From: Herpetosiphonaceae bacterium
Lineage (GTDB): Bacteria > Chloroflexota > Chloroflexia > Chloroflexales > Herpetosiphonaceae
Direction: 5' to 3'
DNA: 64,000 nt
NCBI GenBank assembly: GCA_026003835.1
Contig: BPHZ01000011.1
Location: 3,743 to 67,742, forward strand
Under the pieces are notes generated by a model, which saw nothing but the letters and a program-made list of their open reading frames with translations, was not told the origin of the DNA and did not search any database. Of this stretch, positions 57,691 through 64,000 are shown one piece after another. The first letter of the stretch is position 1; each line of letters starts with the position of its first letter. A program made the position numbers and the translations under genes.

Positions 57691-58692
57691 CTACTGGCGG
57701 TTGGGGTCTTGCGAGCCTGGCTGCCCGTACTGGCCGCCGCCCTGGTCGTACGAGCTTGGCTGCCCGTACTGGCCGCCGTAGGGACTGCCCTGCCCATATT
57801 GGCCGCCGCCCTGGTCGTACGAGCCTGGCTGCCCATACTGGCCGCCGTAGGGGCTGCTCTGGCCGTAGGGACCGCCCTGCCCATACTGGCCGCCGCCCTG
57901 ATCATAGCCTGATGGCTGTCCATAAGGGGTGGAAGGAGCACCAGGGGCTGCAACGGCGGGCACCGCCTTGCGGCGGCTCATCATCAATCCGACCACGACG
58001 GCAACAATGCCGAGAGCGATGAGGCCAACCAGCCCATAGATCAACACATTCGAAGCGCTGCTGAGCGAGCCGCGCGCCTCGACATTATAGGTCTTATTCG
58101 AACCAATCGGGAAGGTGCAGGTAACCTTGTTGCCCTCTCGTTTGGCGATGTCCTGCTCGGTGAAGCTCTCGAGATTAGGCATCTCAACGCTCCAGGAAAT
58201 CAGGAAGTTGGACAGCATAGCGGGAGGGATCTCTTCGCTGCCATCGCCGGTACTTGTGTTGACCGTCGCGCCGACGACAAGAGTATCGCCATCACGACTA
58301 ATGTTGAAGCTTTGGAACATACCGCCGGTCGGACTATCGGCACTGCCCTCAGCCTCCGGACCAACCAGACGATTGAGCTGGTCCTGCAGCATGGCAAGAT
58401 CTTTAAACTCCGTCGTCATACGGACACCCTGGTACTTCTCGTCCTCCCAAGGCTCAGCCTTGGCGTTCCACTCGGGAGGCAGATCTTGGATGTCCTCTTG
58501 CGCGGATGCTACGGGGTCTTCGCCAGTCGAGCCGCCGAGCTGCTCGAGAACTTCCTTATCGATACCGATGATAATCTCGTTCGTACCACTGGCATCACTC
58601 CTGATCGTTGTTTTGGTTTGCTGCGTGATACAGCCGGCGAGGAAAAGTAGGATGAGAGTAAAACCCGAGAGGCGAACAAACCACCGGCGCAT
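57691..58692 (-). CDS. lipoprotein with C-terminal TM anchor and G/Q/Y-rich tandem-repeat tail (LppM/DUF3153-like architecture)
   Basis: Lipobox FLAGC, a ~210-aa extracytoplasmic domain, TM helix LIYGLVGLIALGIVAVVVGLMM, then a 77-aa tail of YGQP(G/S)SYDQGGGQYGQG(S)PYGGQ repeats. Confidence 0.75.
   Translation of the reverse strand: MRRWFVRLSGFTLILLFLAGCITQQTKTTIRSDASGTNEIIIGIDKEVLEQLGGSTGEDPVASAQEDIQDLPPEWNAKAEPWEDEKYQGVRMTTEFKDLAMLQDQLNRLVGPEAEGSADSPTGGMFQSFNISRDGDTLVVGATVNTSTGDGSEEIPPAMLSNFLISWSVEMPNLESFTEQDIAKREGNKVTCTFPIGSNKTYNVEARGSLSSASNVLIYGLVGLIALGIVAVVVGLMMSRRKAVPAVAAPGAPSTPYGQPSGYDQGGGQYGQGGPYGQSSPYGGQYGQPGSYDQGGGQYGQGSPYGGQYGQPSSYDQGGGQYGQPGSQDPNRQ
57694..57924 (-). repeat. in-frame tandem DNA repeats encoding the G/Q/Y-rich tail
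   Basis: The string ctggccgccgccctggtcgtacgagc(c/t)tggctgccc(g/a)tactggccgccgtaggg recurs with a ~66-75-nt period. Confidence 0.85.
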
Positions 58693-58814
58693 ACCAACCC
58701 TCCTTTACCTTCCCCTCGGTGTGTATTGAGGGGAATAGACGCTGAGAAGAATAACGGGTTCCTGCGCATTATACGCAATCAACATACGCCTGTCTATCCT
58801 GCAAGGTTACGCTG

Positions 58815-59750
58815 ATGCTCAACACCGATTACCTCCAGACGTTTGTAAGCGTTGTCGAGCTGGGCAGCTACTCTGCCGCTGCAGAACGGCTCCATCTGAC
58901 ACAACCGGCAGTCAGCCGGCAAATTCATCTGCTGGAGAAACAGCTCGGCGATATCCGTCTCTTCCGGCGCAGCGGGCAGCGAATGATTCTGACCCACGCC
59001 GGTGAGGAGTTACTGCCGGCAGCACGCGAGCTCCTGGCGCTGGCGGAGCGCACGGAGGAAGCTATGCTGGCGCTACGCGGCCATATCACCGGCAGAGTGG
59101 TCGTAGCGTGCAGTCCCGCGACAGGTAGTCTGGTTCTTCCAGCACTGCTCGCAGAATTTCGCCACCGCTTTCCAGCTGTGCTATCCGTTGTGGAGGTAGG
59201 GCCGCCAGATCAGATCGCGGACTGGCTGCAGGAAGGGCGCGCCCATCTGCTCTTTTTTGAGGAGGGCGGACGACGGAAGGGCTGGGAGGGAATATTGCTG
59301 GGAAGCGAGCCCCTCGTCTGCATGGCGCAACGCGAGCACGCCTGGGCTGCAGAGGAACTCCTGACAACCGGGATGCTCCGCGAGCAGCCGCTCATCTTGC
59401 CTCGCCAGGGCACACCGCTCCGCAGAACGATCGAAGAGGGGTTACGCCGACGTGGGCTGCAACCAGCAGAACTCCAGGTTGTTTTAGAGACCGATAGCGT
59501 CGAGAGCGCGCTGGAGGCTGTACGGTCGGGCAGCGGCCTGGCCTTTGCTCCCATAAGCTATGCGCGGCGGCACAGCGATCTCATAGCGCTCAACTTCTCA
59601 GGCTTGCGGATCTCCCAGGACTGGTTCCTGGTGCGCAGCCGAGAGCGGCATCAGCGCCGGGCCAGCTATGAATGCGCCGCCTTTTTACAGAGCGAGGAGG
59701 CGACTGCAATTCTTGCAAGCTACGGGATTCAACGACCAACCAAAGAGTGA
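58815..59750 (+). CDS. LysR-family transcriptional regulator
   Basis: The N-terminal HTH LQTFVSVVELGSYSAAAERLHLTQPAVSRQIHLLEKQLG and a LysR substrate-binding domain. Confidence 0.9.
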   Translation: MLNTDYLQTFVSVVELGSYSAAAERLHLTQPAVSRQIHLLEKQLGDIRLFRRSGQRMILTHAGEELLPAARELLALAERTEEAMLALRGHITGRVVVACSPATGSLVLPALLAEFRHRFPAVLSVVEVGPPDQIADWLQEGRAHLLFFEEGGRRKGWEGILLGSEPLVCMAQREHAWAAEELLTTGMLREQPLILPRQGTPLRRTIEEGLRRRGLQPAELQVVLETDSVESALEAVRSGSGLAFAPISYARRHSDLIALNFSGLRISQDWFLVRSRERHQRRASYECAAFLQSEEATAILASYGIQRPTKE

Positions 59751-59757
59751 TCCGGCC

Positions 59758-60363
59758 CTATTCTTGCTGCTGTGGTTTCTGCGCCTGGCGAGGAGGCTTC
59801 GCTGGATTGAAGCGGTTCATCGCCGCTGTAATGCCCTGGCTGATGAAAAGCTCTACTGCATCAGCAACCAGATCGTAGAGCCGCGGCAGATCCTGCTCCT
59901 CCTGAGCACGCCAGCGCCCAAGCACATGGTTGATTGTATCCCATCCTTCCGGCGGGCGGCCGATGCCGACACGCAAACGCGGGAAGCGCTCACTTCCCAG
60001 GTGCTGGATGATCGATTTCATCCCGTTATGGCCGCCCGACGAACCGGAGGCGCGGATACGGATCGTACCCAGCGGCAGATCGAGCTCGTCATAAATGACT
60101 AGCAACTGGGTCGAGGGGTCGATCTTGTACCAGCGCACAAGCGGGGCCACCGCTTCGCCGCTGGCGTTCATATAGGTAAAAGGCTTCGCCAGTACCACCC
60201 GCTGTCCGGCGATTATCCCGGTCGCCAGACGAGCCCTGCTGCGCTTCTCGTCGAAGCGCAGGCCGTGGCGGCTTGCCAGATGGTTGACGCATTGGAAGCC
60301 GACATTGTGGCGGGTACGGGCGTACTCCTCTCCGGGGTTGCCAAGGCCAACTATTAAGAACAT
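59758..60363 (-). CDS. pth: peptidyl-tRNA hydrolase
   Basis: MFLIVGLGNPGEEYARTRHNVGF, IRIRASGSSGGHNGMKS and RLRVGIGRP, with a short basic C-terminal extension. Confidence 0.92.
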   Translation of the reverse strand: MFLIVGLGNPGEEYARTRHNVGFQCVNHLASRHGLRFDEKRSRARLATGIIAGQRVVLAKPFTYMNASGEAVAPLVRWYKIDPSTQLLVIYDELDLPLGTIRIRASGSSGGHNGMKSIIQHLGSERFPRLRVGIGRPPEGWDTINHVLGRWRAQEEQDLPRLYDLVADAVELFISQGITAAMNRFNPAKPPRQAQKPQQQE

Positions 60364-60402
60364 AGTCTACCGTTTATTATCGAATGTCCTGGTGATCGAC
60401 CA

Positions 60403-60488
60403 CTCGTTGATATTGATAAGGATGGGGGAGCCGGAGGAGCGTAGCCCTTCCGAACCGCCCCATCACGATCGATGGGGTGGACCACTAG
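60403..60488 (+). mobile_element. CTAG-bounded dispersed repeat (MITE-like), copy C2
   Basis: CTCG at 60403-60406 and CTAG at 60485-60488 (contains the GH18 stop codon on the minus strand) flank a 78-nt interior. The interior is colinear with C1: GGGGAGCCGGAGGAGCGTAGCCCTTCCGAACCGCCCCATCACGATCGATGGGGTGGACCA. Confidence 0.65.
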
Positions 60489-61735
60489 TGTTCAGGCAAA
60501 TATGTGTTGATCTGCCGCTGGATCGTCACTGGATCGTGGACAAGTTTACGTCGGATCACTTCCCAATTCTTGGGATCTTCGTTACCGAGACGCCAGATCG
60601 CAATGCCGGCGAGATCCAGCCGCTGCACCAGGTCGAGCTTCGCCTCAAGGCTACGATGATTACTAAACCAAACGGTACGCCCGTTGTAGACGAACCAGGA
60701 TTCCTGGACACTGCCCCGCTCATCTCGCTCGCGCAAATTGACGCTCACGCCATAACGCTGAATAAGGTTCTCGATCGCGGTCCAGGTCATCGCTACAGCA
60801 TTATCCTTGCCGGAGCCCCAGTTATAGCCATAGAACGGGATGCCGACGATAATCTTGGCAGGATCGACAACCGAGCGGGCATAGGTCATAACTTCCTCAA
60901 CCCAATAGAGCGGAGCGATTGGACCAGGGCCACCGCCACGCCAATGGTAGTCATAGGTCATGATCCGCAGCCGGTCGACGACTTCGCCAATAACCTTCCA
61001 ATCCTGGAATCCGCCCAGGCCGCCCCAGTCACTGGACTTAGCATGAACCGCAATTGAGAGCAATTTGCCGTGGCTATGCAGCTCCTCGGCGAGCTTGACG
61101 ATAAAATCGCTGAACTCATCGCGCATATCCGGCGAGAGACTCTCATAATCAATATCAATGCCGTCGTAGCCGTACTTGAGGACCTCATCCACGATAATTC
61201 GGATATGCCGGGCGCGGATCTCCGGATCCTCAAGAACCACAGCAGAGGCCTCAAGGGTGCCAACATTATGCACCGTCGGCAAGACCAGAACGTTGCTCTC
61301 ATGAGCGATGCGTACCAACTCCTGATCCCTGGCGCCCGCCTCTGGCGCCAGGGTTCCATTAAAGTTCACCCCATACCAAAACGGGCTCAGCTCATCGAGG
61401 ATGTCTTTGTTGGCCTCAAACGAAGCGCGGGCATCCTCAGCGTCAAAAGAAGTAGGCAGCCAGGCCGCGACATAGCGGCCGGTTTTGGGATGGATCGTCC
61501 CCACAGTTGAGGATAGGTTGACACGCAGCGCGCTGCTCTGGACAACAGGCTCAGGAAGGGCGGGAGTCAGCGTAGGAACCGGTATAGGCGTAGCCGTCGG
61601 CGCCCGCTGTTCTTCGGCCCGGGCGGCGGCAACCATACGGCGATGCGCCAGCTCCATTTGGACCATATCAACAAGCAGCGCCGCCCAGATCAGCAGGGCG
61701 GCAACGAGGCTAAGACGAAACAACAAGCGCCGCAT
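60485..61735 (-). CDS. glycoside hydrolase family 18 protein (chitinase/peptidoglycan-hydrolase-like), membrane-anchored
   Basis: N-terminal TM helix. Catalytic motif YGYDGIDIDYE (DxxDxDxE) and a TIM-barrel-length body. Confidence 0.85.
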   Translation of the reverse strand: MRRLLFRLSLVAALLIWAALLVDMVQMELAHRRMVAAARAEEQRAPTATPIPVPTLTPALPEPVVQSSALRVNLSSTVGTIHPKTGRYVAAWLPTSFDAEDARASFEANKDILDELSPFWYGVNFNGTLAPEAGARDQELVRIAHESNVLVLPTVHNVGTLEASAVVLEDPEIRARHIRIIVDEVLKYGYDGIDIDYESLSPDMRDEFSDFIVKLAEELHSHGKLLSIAVHAKSSDWGGLGGFQDWKVIGEVVDRLRIMTYDYHWRGGGPGPIAPLYWVEEVMTYARSVVDPAKIIVGIPFYGYNWGSGKDNAVAMTWTAIENLIQRYGVSVNLRERDERGSVQESWFVYNGRTVWFSNHRSLEAKLDLVQRLDLAGIAIWRLGNEDPKNWEVIRRKLVHDPVTIQRQINTYLPEH

Positions 61736-61861
61736 GATCCCACCAGATACGGATGAATCAAGTCAGTGGTAAGGTAGCATAGCCGGATGGTCGTGTCAAG
61801 GCAGCGAGGTTGATTAGCCTGGGCTACCGGCAACAATCCTCCTTCCATTGGGCAACTTCAA

Positions 61862-62893
61862 TCAGGGCTGCCGATTTATCCGATCAACCAGCGCTTGCAC
61901 GATCCGCGGCCCGTGGTAGCGCCCGTTTTCGATAAAGACTTTACTGGGCAGCGCGCCTGCCGCCAGTACACCGGCGATAAACACATTGCGTATGTTGGTC
62001 TCCATCGTCTCTGGGTCGTGGGTAGGCACAAGCGTCTCCGGATCCACAGTAACGCCAAGCGACTGGAGCAGGCGAGTATCAGGTCTGTAGCCGATCATTG
62101 CAAAGACCCAATCGTTAGCCAGCTCCTCGCGTTCGCCGGTCTCCTCATTGATCAACACAACAGATGCAGGGGTAATCTCTTGGACTCGCCGCCGCCAGCG
62201 CGTCTTGATACGGCCGGCATCGATCCAGGCTCGCAGATCGGCGAGCACCCAAGGCTTCACGCGCGGGTCGAAGTCATCCAGGAAATGAACTAGTGTGACA
62301 TGAGCGCCGGCGTAGAAGAGCGAGAGTGCCGCCTCAGCGGCAGAGTTTCCGCCGCCGATCACCGCAACGTGTTGATCGAAGAAAGGATGACCCTCGCGAA
62401 AGTAGTGATGAACCTTTGCCAGTTCCTCCCCTGGAACGCCCAACCTGTTGGGGCTATCGTAGGAGCCACTGGCGAAAACGACAGCGCGTGTCCGATAACG
62501 GTTGGTATGGCCCGGCGGCCTGCCGGCATGGCGCGTTTCCAGGGTAAAGCCACTCGCCGCCGTGCCGGAGATCGCCACCACCTCTTCGTACTGGCGCACC
62601 TCAAGCTGGAAGTGCGAGACAACGCGCCGGTAATAGGCCAGCGCCTCATCGCGGGTCGGATGAGGATGCGTAGTGATGAAGGGGATACCGCCGATCTCCA
62701 GATTCCCTGCTGTACTGAAGAAGCGCGTATCAAGAGGATAACCGACAATTGTATTGACGACGGCGCCTTTCTCCAACACAAGCGCCGTCAGCCCAGCCTC
62801 GCGCGCGGCAATGGCCGTGCTCAGACCGCATGGGCCAGCGCCGATAACAATCACATCGTAGATCATAGTCGTCCAATTCATAGCAGGTGACAA
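61862..62893 (-). CDS. YpdA-family FAD/NAD(P)-dependent putative bacillithiol-disulfide reductase
   Basis: YDVIVIGAGPCGLSTAIAAREAGL, VNTIVGYPLDTRFFST, HPTRDEALAYYRRV, and a second dinucleotide motif VAVIGGGNSAAEAA. Alternative starts are ATG 62881 and ATG 62866. Confidence 0.75.
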   Translation of the reverse strand: MSPAMNWTTMIYDVIVIGAGPCGLSTAIAAREAGLTALVLEKGAVVNTIVGYPLDTRFFSTAGNLEIGGIPFITTHPHPTRDEALAYYRRVVSHFQLEVRQYEEVVAISGTAASGFTLETRHAGRPPGHTNRYRTRAVVFASGSYDSPNRLGVPGEELAKVHHYFREGHPFFDQHVAVIGGGNSAAEAALSLFYAGAHVTLVHFLDDFDPRVKPWVLADLRAWIDAGRIKTRWRRRVQEITPASVVLINEETGEREELANDWVFAMIGYRPDTRLLQSLGVTVDPETLVPTHDPETMETNIRNVFIAGVLAAGALPSKVFIENGRYHGPRIVQALVDRINRQP

Positions 62894-62903
62894 ACCTGGA
62901 TGT

Positions 62904-63887
62904 CTACTGCTCCTTCCAGCTACTGATCTCGTCCAGAGCCCTCCACTCCTCAGCCGTCAGCTCAAGATCGGCGGCGCCCAGGCTATCGTGCAGCTGGTCG
63001 ACACTGTTGGCGCCAATAATCGCTGAGGTGACAGCAGGAGAGCCCAGGAGCCAGGCGAGCGCGATCTGCCCAATCGTCGCACTACGATCACAAGCAATCT
63101 GCTCCATTTTCTCCAGTAGATCATAGTTGCGCTCACGGGCCATATACTTTTTGATCGTGCCGCTCACCTCGCCGCGGGTACCTGCAGGCGCCCCAGCCCC
63201 ACGCCGATACTTGCCGGTCAGGAAGCCGCCGGCCAGTGGGCTATAGGGGATGACGCCCAGCTTATACTTGAGACAAACCGCCTGCAGCTCGCGCTCAAAC
63301 TCAGTGCGATGAACCAGGTTATAGTGAGGCTGAAGCGATTCGTAGCGGGCCAGATTGAGGCGATCGCTGGTCCAGAGCGCCTCCATCAGACGCCAGGCCT
63401 CAAAATTGGAGCAGCCGACAGCACGTACCTTCCCCTCACGGATCAGATCGTCATAGGCGCGCAGCGTCTCCTCCTGCGCTGTATCGTCATCATACCAGTG
63501 GGACTGATAAAGATCGATATAATCGATTTGCAGGCGCCGCAGGCTGCCCTCGACGGAGCGAATAATATGACGCCGGCTCAGCCCTTGATCGTTTGGATCA
63601 TCGTCGCTCATGGGGTTGCGCACCTTCGTCGCAATGATCAGGCGCTGGCGCAGGCTCCGATTCTTCGCCAGCCAGCGGCCAATAATCTCCTCGCTGTGTC
63701 CAGCATAAGACCCCGGCGCCCAGCGGGGGTAGATATCAGCAGTATCGATAACATTGATCCCGTTCTCCACCGCCGCATCCATAATAGCGAATGCCGTCTC
63801 CTCGTCGGCAGTCCAACCAAAGGTCATCGTGCCCAGGCAGAGAACAGAAACCTTGATGCCGGTCCGGCCAAGGGTCCGGTAGCGCAT
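62904..63887 (-). CDS. aldo/keto reductase
   Basis: AAAGGAGG RBS. MRYRTLGRTGIKVSVLCLGTMTFG, DTADIY and GCSNF are typical AKR motifs. Confidence 0.9.
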   Translation of the reverse strand: MRYRTLGRTGIKVSVLCLGTMTFGWTADEETAFAIMDAAVENGINVIDTADIYPRWAPGSYAGHSEEIIGRWLAKNRSLRQRLIIATKVRNPMSDDDPNDQGLSRRHIIRSVEGSLRRLQIDYIDLYQSHWYDDDTAQEETLRAYDDLIREGKVRAVGCSNFEAWRLMEALWTSDRLNLARYESLQPHYNLVHRTEFERELQAVCLKYKLGVIPYSPLAGGFLTGKYRRGAGAPAGTRGEVSGTIKKYMARERNYDLLEKMEQIACDRSATIGQIALAWLLGSPAVTSAIIGANSVDQLHDSLGAADLELTAEEWRALDEISSWKEQ

Positions 63888-64000
63888 TGAAGAACCTCCT
63901 TTCAGGCGATCGTCTCTACAAAATGCTCGCCGGCAGATCAGTATTGATAGTTTCTCTCACAATATACCAGGTTTTTTGCAGATACTCGCCGGTAGCGGTG

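Noticed and set aside
57694-57924. Tandem repeats considered as a CRISPR-like array (also the 516-528-nt GAF repeats at 10411..11454)
   Set aside because: The repeats are in-frame coding repeats with no spacer/repeat alternation. Their periods are wrong for CRISPR and no cas genes are present.
60284-61057. 257-aa + strand ORF sharing the peptide EPEERSPSEPPHHDRWGG with the N-terminal extension of ORF 30021..31034 (EPEGRSPSEPPHDHGWG)
   Set aside because: The shared peptide is simply the translation of the dispersed DNA repeat (copies C2 and C1). The rest of the ORF is antisense to the GH18 gene. It is not a conserved protein domain.

Overview
This is a densely coding, visibly GC-rich bacterial chromosomal window with about 55 protein genes. 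I recognised no rRNA, tRNA or CRISPR array. Gene content and strong AGGAGG-type RBSs suggest a Chloroflexota-like terrabacterium, but the taxon is inference only.

Gene content, left to right:
- The 3' part of uvrA, with its frame broken three times.
- A co-directional sensory cluster: a V4R protein, a hexapeptide-repeat protein, a REC + degenerate-GGDEF regulator, a roughly 2,650-codon histidine kinase, and an alpha/beta hydrolase lacking its nucleophile Ser. The kinase has at least 12 tandem GAF modules and its frame is broken by six 1-nt insertions.
- A peptide-type ABC importer (SBP plus two permeases, no ATPases).
- recN.
- An O-antigen-ligase/TPR membrane protein plus a WecA-type transferase.
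- A paa-like phenylacetyl-CoA epoxidase cluster with a split PaaD.
- A CoA-transferase.
- A thioredoxin-fold lipoprotein whose catalytic Cys codon is an in-frame TGA (candidate selenoprotein).
- Leucine/isovalerate (methylcrotonyl-CoA) catabolic genes interleaved with envelope proteins.
- An L,D-transpeptidase.
- A LuxR-STAND regulator with methyltransferase and GNAT genes.
- mnmG, PNP, recO, a Ca2+/H+ exchanger, LysR, pth, GH18, a YpdA-type reductase and an aldo-keto reductase.

Non-coding highlights:
- A family of 78-92-nt CTAG-bounded, hairpin-containing dispersed repeats at gene boundaries (4 clear and 2 degenerate copies).
- Several consensus-like sigma-70 promoters.
- A terminator-like attenuator in the ABC operon leader.
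- Perfect-stem hairpins between convergent or co-transcribed genes.

All functional calls rest on motif and family recognition by eye. No database search or folding program was run.
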